Positions 8,429 to 17,262 of a DNA stretch of 34,184 bases are shown piece after piece. The stretch lies in the NCBI GenBank assembly GCA_964576965.1, contig CAZNWQ010000002.1, forward strand, positions 1,775-35,958, written 5' to 3'. The translations under genes and the position numbers were made by a program. The stretch's first letter is position 1, and each line of letters starts with the position of its first letter. The notes beneath the pieces are model-generated. The model saw only the letters and a list, made by a program, of their open reading frames with translations. It searched no databases and was not told the origin of the DNA. This DNA is from an uncultured Dehalococcoidia bacterium (lineage in GTDB: Bacteria > Chloroflexota > Dehalococcoidia > Lucifugimonadales > UBA2985).

Positions 8429-9805
8429 ATGGATTCATCTAGACGCATATATCCTTTAGATCCTAAAGAGTTAACGGAAGAGCAATTAGCGGTTGTTTTT
8501 GCAATGACTTCTCGTAATCCTAAGCCTTTTGACGAAATAGCTCAGTTAGTTACAGAAGAAAAAGCGGCTGACTTCCATGAACGTTGGGTTTTGAATTATG
8601 GCCACTCATCTGTTGCAGAACACGCAGTACTTCACATGGCGGTAGAAAACATATCTAGGCTAGCCTGTGACATGTTAGAAGATAATAGATTAACATCCTA
8701 CACAGAAAAATCCTCACGATACCAACTAATAGACCAAGGTTTTTACCATATCCCTAAAGAACTAACAAGCCATCCGAGCCTCTCGATTTATACAGAATGC
8801 TGTGATTTTCTATTCGATTCATATAAACAAAGCCTTGAAAAAGCACTAAATTATTTAAAGGATACAAATCCTATCCGAGAAGGGGAGCGACAGTCATCAT
8901 ATGAACTCCGATTGAGAAGGATTGCCATTGACGTTTGTAGATTCATTTTGCCCTCGGCCACGTTGACAAATGTGGGCGTCACCATGAATGCCAGATCATG
9001 GGAACATGCAATACGAAAATTATTGTCATCAGATTTATCAGAGGAAAACGAAATAGGCCAAATTTTGAAGGATCAAGGGCAATCCATAACTCCTACTTTG
9101 ATAAAATACGCAGACCGAAATAATTACTTGGTCCTATCCAAAAACACTGGCAACTATAAACCCTCTGGAGAAACCGGAATTGGTTCGGCGGATTGTTCTG
9201 CTCGGCTTGTTCACTACGATCCTGATGCAGAAACAAAACTGATTGCCTCGTTACTATATGAAAAATCCAACAAACCATATAACGATTTGTTGGATTTTTC
9301 CAAAACTTTATCAGACTCAGACAAAGAAGCTATTATTGATAAAGCCCTTAAAGATCTTGGGCCTCATGATGTGCCAGTACGCCAACTTGAAAACATTGAT
9401 TACACGTTCGATTTGATAATGGATTACGGAGCTTACAGAGAATTTAAAAGACACCGTATGCAAACTTACATACCACAACCACTTACAGTTGATTTAGGGT
9501 ACATAGTGCCTGACCTTATAAAGGAGTCAGGACAAGAACAAGATTTCATATCCGCTATGGATGCATCTTACAAAACATTTCATCAAATAGCCCCTGATCT
9601 ACCCAGAGTGGCCGAATACGTCGTAACACATGCACATCTACGCAGAGTAATGACTAAAATAAATCTTAGGGAATGCTATCACTTGTTTAAACTAAGAACG
9701 AGCCCTCAAGCACATTTCACTCTTAGACAAGTAATGAACGCTGCCCTGACTATCGTCTCAGAACTCCATCCATTACTATTTAGATATATCCGAACAAGAA
9801 ACTAA
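8429..9805 (+). CDS. thyX: FAD-dependent thymidylate synthase (ThyX family), tandem two-domain form
   Basis: 458 aa, roughly twice a canonical ThyX. The N-terminal half has GHSSVAEH, then DNRLTSYTEKSSRY, then FYHIP, then LPSATLTNVGVTMNARSW. The C-terminal half has YREFKRHRMQTYIPQ, then GYIVP, then INLRECYHLFKLRTSPQAHFTLRQV. An SD (AGAGAGG) lies just upstream of the ATG. Confidence 0.8.
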   Translation: MDSSRRIYPLDPKELTEEQLAVVFAMTSRNPKPFDEIAQLVTEEKAADFHERWVLNYGHSSVAEHAVLHMAVENISRLACDMLEDNRLTSYTEKSSRYQLIDQGFYHIPKELTSHPSLSIYTECCDFLFDSYKQSLEKALNYLKDTNPIREGERQSSYELRLRRIAIDVCRFILPSATLTNVGVTMNARSWEHAIRKLLSSDLSEENEIGQILKDQGQSITPTLIKYADRNNYLVLSKNTGNYKPSGETGIGSADCSARLVHYDPDAETKLIASLLYEKSNKPYNDLLDFSKTLSDSDKEAIIDKALKDLGPHDVPVRQLENIDYTFDLIMDYGAYREFKRHRMQTYIPQPLTVDLGYIVPDLIKESGQEQDFISAMDASYKTFHQIAPDLPRVAEYVVTHAHLRRVMTKINLRECYHLFKLRTSPQAHFTLRQVMNAALTIVSELHPLLFRYIRTRN

Positions 9806-9822
9806 CCCATAACTTTTCGTTT

Positions 9823-12294
9823 TTATGTAGAAGGGTTCGCATCTAATTTTATGCTTGTTATAGTGGCTACTGTCATATCTTGCTCCCCTTTGTCTCGCAT
9901 TATCCATACTCCTTGGGTAATACGTCCTTTGGTCGGTACCTCAGACATTTTTAGCCTTTCTATAATACCTTGTTCGGTTATTATCATAACTTCAGGTGCG
10001 TCTATAACCAAATGAGCTGCGGCCACTGGTCCAGTTTTATCAGTGATTTTCAGGGTCTTAACACCCTTAGCCCCTCGACGGGTTCTCCTGTACAGATCAA
10101 TGTCTGTCAATTTACCAAACCCTTTCCTGCTTACGACAAAGAGTTTAGCCCCAGGTGTTACTATATCCATGGAAACAACTCTGTCTTCTACTTCTAGCTT
10201 GATACCCCGAACCCCCCCAGCCAAACGGCTTCTTTGTCTTAGCTCCAAAACAGGGAATCTGGCAGCCATACCCATTTCTGTCACCATAACTACGTCATCC
10301 TCTTCTGACGCCCTCCTGACAGAAACCAGTTCATCTCCTTCTTCCAAATTCATCGCCAGCTTACCATTACTTCGGATCTGGGCCACAGAAGAAAAATGCA
10401 TCCTCTTTATTTCCCCTTTTTTTGTAGCCAATAATATATATTCGCTCTCTTCCCTGTCTTTCGAGGTGGCTAAAATAGCATTAGCCAATTCCCCTTGTGA
10501 AACAGAAAGCATATTTACCAAAGGAATACCTCTGGTTGTTCGGGAAACGTCCACAGGTATTTCAAAGCATCTCATAGAATAAACTCGACCCGTATTAGTA
10601 AAGAAAAGAAGATTATCGTGTGTATCCGCAACAATCAAATGTTGCAATGTATCAGCTTCCCTTGTGGCCATGCCGGATACACCTCTACCACCTCTATGCT
10701 GAGCTTTATAGGTGTCTAAGGGCATAGACTTCACGTATCCACGTTCTGTTATGGTTATAACCATTTCCTGGTGAGGTATTAGGTCTTCTCGAGTAACTGC
10801 CTCTGGTTCCTCGTCAAGCAGTTCGCTTCTTCTATTGTCGCCATGGTCTTTTTTCAGTTTTTTTGTTTCAGTTTTTACTTCGTCTAATATTTTCTGTGGG
10901 TCACCAAGCAAATCCTCTAACTCGGCTATCGACTTTCGTAATTCTTTGAACTCTTCTTCTATCCTTTCTCGTTCCAAGGCTGCTATGCGCCTCAATTGCA
11001 TGTCCAAGATTGCTTGGGCTTGTATCTGAGTCAAAGTAAACCATTCCATAAGGCTTGACCTAGCGGTTTCCGCGTCAGCTGATTGCCTTATCAATATAAT
11101 AACCTGATCTAAATTCTGTATAGCAGATATCAATCCTTCAAGTATATGAGCTCTTTCCTGTGCCTTCTTTAACTCGAATTCGGCCCTGCGAGTTATTATT
11201 TGACGGCGAAAATCTATGTAATGTCTGATTAATCTCTTTAGAGGCAATACTTGAGGCTGACCTTCTACCAAAGCAAGTGTGTTAACAGAAAAAGAAGACT
11301 GGAGTGACGTGTGTTTATATAAATTATTGAGAACAACTCTGGGTTGAGCATCTCTTCTCAAATCAACGACTACTCTTAGTCCTTTACGGTCTGATTCGTC
11401 TCTCACCTCACTAATTCCGTCTATTTTCTTATCTTTAGAAAGTTGGGCTATTTTCTCTACCAATGCAGCTTTGTTTACTTGATAAGGTAGCTCTGTAACA
11501 ATTATCTGGGTGCGATCCGACCTTCTCTCGCCTTCTTCTATAACGGCCTTAGCTCTAACAACCACTCTCCCGCGACCAGTTGAGTAGGCGTTAATTATGC
11601 CTTCTCTGCCCATGATAATTCCCCCTGTAGGGAAATCTGGACCCTTAACGTATTTCATAAGATCTTCGACATTTGCTTCTGGATGGTCTATCAAATGAAC
11701 CGTTGCATCACAAACTTCTTTAAGATTATGAGGAGGTATGTTGGTTGCCATGCCAACAGCTATCCCAGACGCTCCATTAACTAATAAGTTAGGCAGCAAT
11801 GCCGGTAGAACCTGTGGCTCCTTTAAAGTGTCGTCAAAGTTCGCGCTGAAATCCACCGTATCTCTATCGATATCTGTCATCATATCTTGTGCTATAGACG
11901 CCATTCTGGCCTCTGTATACCTCATTGCTGCTGGAGGGTCGTCGTCTATGCTGCCGAAATTGCCTTGACCATCTACCAATTGATATCTCATTGAAAAGTC
12001 CTGGGCCATACGGACCATGGCGTCATAAACCGAGGTGTCTCCATGAGGATGATATTTGCCCAAAACCTCGCCTACCAATCTGGCGCTTTTTTTGTAGGAG
12101 GAATTTGGCCTCATGCCCAACTCGTCCATCGCATAAAGAATCCGTCTTTGAACCGGTTTGAGTCCATCCCTGACGTCTGGAAGTGCACGGGATACTATTA
12201 CGCTCATGGCATAATCCAAGTAAGAACTCCGCATTTCCTGTTCAATGGATATAGTTTTTATATTCTCTGATTCTGAACTTGTCGCCATTTGCAT
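9823..12294 (-). CDS. gyrA: DNA gyrase subunit A
   Basis: 823 aa with [27 protein letters not shown], the HPHGD motif, [10 protein letters not shown] (catalytic Tyr region) and a GyrA-box-like [10 protein letters not shown] in the C-terminal domain. The second ATG (12288) has better SD spacing (GAGGG + 6 nt), so the start is uncertain by 2 codons. Confidence 0.95.
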   Translation of the reverse strand: MQMATSSESENIKTISIEQEMRSSYLDYAMSVIVSRALPDVRDGLKPVQRRILYAMDELGMRPNSSYKKSARLVGEVLGKYHPHGDTSVYDAMVRMAQDFSMRYQLVDGQGNFGSIDDDPPAAMRYTEARMASIAQDMMTDIDRDTVDFSANFDDTLKEPQVLPALLPNLLVNGASGIAVGMATNIPPHNLKEVCDATVHLIDHPEANVEDLMKYVKGPDFPTGGIIMGREGIINAYSTGRGRVVVRAKAVIEEGERRSDRTQIIVTELPYQVNKAALVEKIAQLSKDKKIDGISEVRDESDRKGLRVVVDLRRDAQPRVVLNNLYKHTSLQSSFSVNTLALVEGQPQVLPLKRLIRHYIDFRRQIITRRAEFELKKAQERAHILEGLISAIQNLDQVIILIRQSADAETARSSLMEWFTLTQIQAQAILDMQLRRIAALERERIEEEFKELRKSIAELEDLLGDPQKILDEVKTETKKLKKDHGDNRRSELLDEEPEAVTREDLIPHQEMVITITERGYVKSMPLDTYKAQHRGGRGVSGMATREADTLQHLIVADTHDNLLFFTNTGRVYSMRCFEIPVDVSRTTRGIPLVNMLSVSQGELANAILATSKDREESEYILLATKKGEIKRMHFSSVAQIRSNGKLAMNLEEGDELVSVRRASEEDDVVMVTEMGMAARFPVLELRQRSRLAGGVRGIKLEVEDRVVSMDIVTPGAKLFVVSRKGFGKLTDIDLYRRTRRGAKGVKTLKITDKTGPVAAAHLVIDAPEVMIITEQGIIERLKMSEVPTKGRITQGVWIMRDKGEQDMTVATITSIKLDANPST

Positions 12295-12348
12295 CCCTCT
12301 CTTTATCGATTAACAGAGTGCCTTTCTCGATGTTATATTATTCAAGAT

Positions 12349-13050
12349 TCAACCTCGTTTTTGTGAATACACTCGAGATCGTTCTATTAAGCCGTCAAAC
12401 AATCGCCCAAAACTCTTAGGGAGTTCTCTTTCACATTCATTGTGCCACTGAACGCCTATTACGCAATCATGATACGGGCTTTCCACTGCTTCAATGATAC
12501 CGTCTGCCAATGAGTAAACTGAAGCCATCAGAGATGTGGCTTTTTGAGGTTCTTTCAGCCCTTGATGGTGTAAACTATTGACTCTTACAAATCCACCAGA
12601 CCCCAAAATGCCAGCCACTTTACTACCTGGTGAAATGTAAACTTGGTGATAGCTTTTACTGCTTTTACGATCTTCATCATCAAGATCGTGTCCGTCAATG
12701 TCTTGAATTAAAGACCCACCGAAGCACACGTTGATTAATTGCATTCCTCGACATATACCCAATACAGGCATATCTAGTTCCAGGGCGGATCGCAAAAGAG
12801 GAAGTTCCCATTCGTCTAGTTGAGAGTTTAACTGTAGCCCAGCATCGGGGTCTATTTGTCCCCCATACTTCTCAGGGCTTATATCTGGTCCTCCAGAGAA
12901 AAGGAGGCCATCTACTGTAGCTATAGTGTCAGTGACTCTACTTGCCGGAAGAGGCAAGAGGACATTCTTTTCTATACCCCGTTTTACCATGGCTTCCACA
13001 TATCTATTTGCCTCAAATTCACTAGAGGCAACAACTCCAATGGCAGGCAT
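12349..13050 (-). CDS. Class-I glutamine amidotransferase-like hydrolase, peptidase C26 / gamma-glutamyl-GABA hydrolase (PuuD-like) family
   Basis: GGPDISPEKYG, the nucleophile elbow PVLGICRGMQLINV, and the GVQWHNE His-Glu motif. I placed the start at ATG 13050 (MPAIGVV...) because AGGTGG lies 8 nt upstream. The longest ORF starts at GTG 13062. Confidence 0.75.
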   Translation of the reverse strand: MPAIGVVASSEFEANRYVEAMVKRGIEKNVLLPLPASRVTDTIATVDGLLFSGGPDISPEKYGGQIDPDAGLQLNSQLDEWELPLLRSALELDMPVLGICRGMQLINVCFGGSLIQDIDGHDLDDEDRKSSKSYHQVYISPGSKVAGILGSGGFVRVNSLHHQGLKEPQKATSLMASVYSLADGIIEAVESPYHDCVIGVQWHNECERELPKSFGRLFDGLIERSRVYSQKRG

Positions 13051-13190
13051 ATAACCAGCCACCTTTCTTATACAAGCGGATTAAGGTCTACTAGACTTAA
13101 ACCTCACGCTTTTCAATCCGTAATAGGATATATCAAACCCCACCAATAGACAACTACAAAATAAAACACTACTCCGGCTTAATAGTTACC

Positions 13191-15479
13191 TTAAATGATA
13201 CCTAGTAATTGTAATTTGATCTGTGCCTCTGACGTTAGAGACAAACCACCCTTGAAGCCTTCCTTTATTTTAGCTGTTACTTTACCGAATCCCATTTGGT
13301 CTATAACCTCTTCCGGTAAATTCTCCGATAGTCTATCTATTGTTTCGTAAGCTTCGTCCAAGTTGCAATAAAAAGATACTAGCCAAGAGACTTCTCGTTC
13401 GTTCATAGGGGCTGGTATTTCGGCCAAATCGAATATCTCTTTATTGACCTTTGTATATCTCAATATCCCTGCTTTATCAGATTGATCATCTCCATAAAAC
13501 CTTTTATGCTTTAAACTCTGAACTCTCTCCTTATATTCTTCCTCTCCATATATGGACTTAGGCAGCCAGGTCTCTCTAAGATCTATAACTTCATTACCCT
13601 CCGCATCAACGACCGCAACTGCAACATCCACTCCCAGAATATCATCTTTCTCAAACTTAACAGCCTTTCTTAAAACTGCTTCCTGCAAAAGGAGGGTCAG
13701 GTCTCTGTCAATTTTTTTGTAAAGAGGCCCGGTTGCTTCTTCATTCTTGTCAGCTCCTATGCCACCCGTGTTAAACATGTAATATTCCTGCGGCAACCCA
13801 CCCTCACGGATGTTTTTCAATATGGAGTGTAATAAATTAGCATTTTCGTCTTCGAGTCCAATTATGAATGGATCTGAAAAATATTCTACATAAGGTCTTC
13901 CTATTGCGCCTGTAGAGGCACCTGTCTGAACCGCTTCTCCATACATTAGGGCCCTAACGTAGGTTTCAGGGCTAAGTCGAACCAATGGAGGCACAACCGT
14001 GTTTTGACGCATAACGCCCTGCCACAATATTCTGTCCATATTTTCCATAGGCACGTGAACCGTCTCTTCGAGCTCACCATTAGAAAAGAGTTTGGATAGG
14101 TGACTCACTCCTTTTCTCGCCAGTAATCTCGATCTAGAGAGGATCATCCTCATATTGCGTACAGGATTCTTTGAAAAATCTGGAGTGCCTTCCTTATAAT
14201 TAAAGGGCACATTTTCTAGTGTTTCTTGCGGGTTTGGATCATTATCTGAACCTCTCAGAACATCGTATGTTATTGGATCATTATCTTTACTCAGGCCAAA
14301 CGGTACTGCGTACATACTGTTCTCTGTACCATCAATAGCGTAAGAGATACGAGTCTTCTTTTTCCCTTTATCTATCACCTTGGGCTCTTTCAGTTTTTGC
14401 AGGAGGATTATATCATCATTCATCGGATATACCCCTTCTTCTGTTCCAACCCTGAGTCCTAATTCTTCAAGCAATTTGCTTTTCGCCAGCTCTATCATTA
14501 TGGTAAGGGTGCTTTTGCCGTGCAGAGACGGTCCAGTGGTTACCATTGCGGCATTTGTGATATCGCCGTCAATAGTTTGCACTCTGGCCATGCTCAGCGC
14601 TGCTTGCAGGGCCAATCCTTCCGATTCCTTGACTTTGAACATGGCTATGGAAAGAGGGCCCATTTTATGCTCTCCCATATAGTCAAAGCCAAGATGCAAT
14701 GACAAACCTAACGTAGGTGCCTTGAAAATCAAGCTGGTTAATCCTGCGTTTACCACTCTATTTTTTATCTCCAACGGTATCTCTAAATCATCCAACCATT
14801 TAGGAATAGATACTTCCAAGATATCTGGCGGGTTCTGTAATTCTTCATTCTGTAAATCGAATGTTAGCTGACGCCACATATATGGCAACTGGGGATAATC
14901 CACTCCAAACAAAAGTTGCCTGGCATGGAATGACCGCCCAGGGGCGTCACCAATCTGCCTGTCTGTCTGGATTATAGTATGGCCGTTCGAAAAGCTTTCA
15001 CCCATTTTTTTGGTTATATAAGGTATGATATCGGCAAATAATTCTTGATTTTCTTCACTGAATGAAATGGCGTCTCTATTTGGCGTAAATCCGTCAGCGT
15101 AGTACTGAGTCAAATCTGGTCGTCTAGCAACTCCCAATTGACTGAAGAAACCCAGTCCCCCAGTTTCCAATCTCACTGCGACATCCGGCCAAACCTTTTT
15201 GCCTGCCTTACCTTCATTGTTTAACTCTATGGATTCTTTTTCGAGTTGTTCAGCATTTTTAATCACAGTCTTCTGGGACGAAGGATCAAAATCCTGAAAA
15301 ACTCTCATCTTTTCTATCAACCAGTCGTAGCCCGGGTTAAAGAATTCGCTGCCTGCCTCGTGACCTTCCCTGGCTACGTCTAGCAGATCCTCCAACGCTT
15401 TTGAAAACGCTGGCACTTTGGTTGGTCCTACTTGATGGTTTTTTTTGGATATCATATAACTGTTTGCTAATACTTCCAA
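13191..15479 (-). CDS. Divergent, extended PEP carboxykinase (ATP)-fold protein; function uncertain
   Basis: 762 aa carrying an ordered series of PEPCK-like motifs: PGRSFHAR, DYMGEHKMG, LSMARV, TTGPSLHGKSTLT (P-loop, nt 14508-14534), MNDDII, DGTENSMYA, LENV, RNMRMIL, VVPPLVRLS and FNTGGIG. The start is uncertain: TTG 15479 (longest) or ATG 15455, and neither has a clear SD. Confidence 0.6.
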   Translation of the reverse strand: MEVLANSYMISKKNHQVGPTKVPAFSKALEDLLDVAREGHEAGSEFFNPGYDWLIEKMRVFQDFDPSSQKTVIKNAEQLEKESIELNNEGKAGKKVWPDVAVRLETGGLGFFSQLGVARRPDLTQYYADGFTPNRDAISFSEENQELFADIIPYITKKMGESFSNGHTIIQTDRQIGDAPGRSFHARQLLFGVDYPQLPYMWRQLTFDLQNEELQNPPDILEVSIPKWLDDLEIPLEIKNRVVNAGLTSLIFKAPTLGLSLHLGFDYMGEHKMGPLSIAMFKVKESEGLALQAALSMARVQTIDGDITNAAMVTTGPSLHGKSTLTIMIELAKSKLLEELGLRVGTEEGVYPMNDDIILLQKLKEPKVIDKGKKKTRISYAIDGTENSMYAVPFGLSKDNDPITYDVLRGSDNDPNPQETLENVPFNYKEGTPDFSKNPVRNMRMILSRSRLLARKGVSHLSKLFSNGELEETVHVPMENMDRILWQGVMRQNTVVPPLVRLSPETYVRALMYGEAVQTGASTGAIGRPYVEYFSDPFIIGLEDENANLLHSILKNIREGGLPQEYYMFNTGGIGADKNEEATGPLYKKIDRDLTLLLQEAVLRKAVKFEKDDILGVDVAVAVVDAEGNEVIDLRETWLPKSIYGEEEYKERVQSLKHKRFYGDDQSDKAGILRYTKVNKEIFDLAEIPAPMNEREVSWLVSFYCNLDEAYETIDRLSENLPEEVIDQMGFGKVTAKIKEGFKGGLSLTSEAQIKLQLLGII

Positions 15480-15520
15480 AAGGATAACTAGACATATTTT
15501 GTTCGATGAAGAACACCATT

Positions 15521-15550
15521 ATTTTACTACTAATTCAACCGTTTTAGCAA
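15521..15550 (-). promoter_or_regulatory. Candidate sigma70-type promoter for the PEPCK-like gene
   Basis: On the minus strand: TTGCTA (15550-15545), an 18-nt spacer, then TAAAAT (15526-15521). This lies about 40 nt upstream of the TTG start. Pattern match only. Confidence 0.3.
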
Positions 15551-15671
15551 CCTGATGTAGCCACCATGGTGCACACGAAACTGTACACATAGGCCATAAT
15601 TCTTACGCTTTTCGTACATTTATAGCTGTATGCCTTCGCAAAAGGCTCGTTTTGTTATCTATATTCGCTTC

Positions 15672-15701
15672 GGGCTATTTTGGGCTATTTTGGGCTATTT
15701 T
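15672..15701. repeat. Perfect 3 x 10-bp tandem repeat gggctatttt (AAAATAGCCC on the minus strand)
   Basis: Read directly: gggctatttt at 15672, 15682 and 15692. The last unit abuts and overlaps the lpdA stop codon (15701-15703). Confidence 0.95.
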
Positions 15702-17089
15702 TATATATGTATTGCCCTGTCATAAACATCCAATGCTGCCTCTTTAATAGCCTCTCCAATAGATGGGTGGGGGTGTACAATGTTTTCTAGGAATTCCTTT
15801 TCTCCCCCTAGCTGACTCACGGTAATTAATTCGGTAATTATTTCAGTTGCTTCGGGCCCAATTATATGTGCTCCTAAGATGTTTTTGTTCTTCTCGTTTA
15901 CTATTATCTTGACCATGCCGGCGTCTCCTCCCATTGCCAAGGCCTTCGCGTTGGCAGTCAATGGAAATCGCCCTATTTTGATGGAATATCCACGACCCAA
16001 GGCTTCTTTCTCGGTATATCCGAAGCTACTTATTTGTGGTTCACAATAGGTGGATCTAGGTATAAAGTCATAAGTCAATTCATCATGCTTAAGTCCAGCT
16101 ATAACTTCAGCAGCTATAATCCCTTGCGCTTGTGCCACATGAGCTAGCAACAATTTTCCTGTAACGTCACCTATGGCATATATGTTTGGCACACTGGTTC
16201 GCATCTGTTTGTCAATTTTTATGAACCCGTTTTCCGTCTGAATATCTAAGCCATCTAATCCAATGCCGAGGATGTTGCCAGCAACTCCTATCGACATTAG
16301 TGCTTTTTCTGCTTCAATTACTATCTTGTCCTCATTTGGAACATCAATTTCACACCTTACTAATCCATCTTTCACGCCACCGGTGACGATTCTGGCATTT
16401 GTATAGATCGATATGCCCTGCTCTGCAAGACTCTTTCTCAACAATTCTGCAATCTCGGGGTCTTCTTTGGGAAGAATCTGGTCTTGAGCCTCTACGACAG
16501 TAACTTTCGAGCCATATGCACCATACATATAGGCAAATTCTACTCCTGTTGATCCTCCTCCAATAATCAAAAGGCTTTTGGGCACCTGTGTTAGGGCCAA
16601 TATTTCCTTACTTGTTATAACATTCACACCATCGGTTTTCAGCAGGTCTAGAGAGCGCTGGGACGAACCAGTAGCTATTATAATGTTTTTGATAGCGAGT
16701 TCCTGGTCCCTATTAATCAAAATACTGCCGTTCGTTAATATTTCAGCTCGCCCTTTCAGGTGAACAATTTGGTTTTTCTTCAATAAAAACTCTAGCCCCC
16801 TGCCGAGGCGATTCACAATTCGCCGACTCCTGGAAACTGCTTTATTGATATCAAATGAAAAATCGTTGAAAGAAATACCAAACTGCCCTGCAGATTTCAT
16901 CAGGTTTATTATTTCCGCGTTTCTCAACATAGCCTTGCTTGGGACACACCCCCAATTCAAACAAACACCACCCAATGAATCTTCTTCAATAAGAACTACT
17001 TTACATCCCAGTTGGGCGGCACGAATGGCAGCAACATACCCCCCTGGTCCGCCTCCTATTATTCCAATGTCATATTCCTCTATTGGCAT
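15701..17089 (-). CDS. lpdA: Dihydrolipoyl (dihydrolipoamide) dehydrogenase
   Basis: 462 aa with the FAD motif GGGPGGYVAAIRAAQLG, the redox disulfide GGVCLNWGCVPSK, the NAD motif IIGGGSTGVEFA and the C-terminal HPHPSIGEAIKEA. Confidence 0.92.
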   Translation of the reverse strand: MPIEEYDIGIIGGGPGGYVAAIRAAQLGCKVVLIEEDSLGGVCLNWGCVPSKAMLRNAEIINLMKSAGQFGISFNDFSFDINKAVSRSRRIVNRLGRGLEFLLKKNQIVHLKGRAEILTNGSILINRDQELAIKNIIIATGSSQRSLDLLKTDGVNVITSKEILALTQVPKSLLIIGGGSTGVEFAYMYGAYGSKVTVVEAQDQILPKEDPEIAELLRKSLAEQGISIYTNARIVTGGVKDGLVRCEIDVPNEDKIVIEAEKALMSIGVAGNILGIGLDGLDIQTENGFIKIDKQMRTSVPNIYAIGDVTGKLLLAHVAQAQGIIAAEVIAGLKHDELTYDFIPRSTYCEPQISSFGYTEKEALGRGYSIKIGRFPLTANAKALAMGGDAGMVKIIVNEKNKNILGAHIIGPEATEIITELITVSQLGGEKEFLENIVHPHPSIGEAIKEAALDVYDRAIHI

Positions 17090-17134
17090 ATCTTAATTTG
17101 TCCCTTTTGCAGTCTCGCGTGCTAAATATCGTTC

Positions 17135-17165
17135 ATTATAGTCCATCTGGGTAATTAGCTTCCAA
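17135..17165 (-). promoter_or_regulatory. Candidate promoter for lpdA
   Basis: On the minus strand: TTGGAA (17165-17160), a 19-nt spacer (long), then a perfect TATAAT (17140-17135), about 45 nt upstream of the ATG. Pattern match only. Confidence 0.3.
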
Positions 17166-17206
17166 TTTGCGTTGTGGCTATTGCTTGATGCACCTTTATT
17201 CTAAAC

Positions 17207-17235
17207 TTGAATGAGTGCCTACTATTTGCTAAACT
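17207..17235 (+). promoter_or_regulatory. Candidate promoter for gatC-gatA
   Basis: TTGAAT (17207-17212), a 17-nt spacer, then TAAACT (17230-17235), about 28 nt upstream of the gatC ATG. Pattern match only. Confidence 0.3.
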
Positions 17236-17262
17236 AAGTTACTTTTTTAGATCGGAACAGGC

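Noticed and set aside
10043-10582. A 179-aa ORF antisense to gyrA. Similar antisense ORFs occur at 9970-10197, 10835-11029, 11738-11968 and 11925-12270.
   Set aside because: These Ser/Leu/Pro-rich, low-complexity translations are typical of the reverse strand of a highly expressed gene. They are fully contained in gyrA, and start signals are absent.
15632-15656. A plus-strand terminator-like element, GCCTT-CGCAA-AAGGC followed by TCGTTTTGTT.
   Set aside because: The stem is only 5 bp, there is no plus-strand gene or convincing promoter upstream for it to terminate, and on the relevant minus strand it lacks a U-tract.
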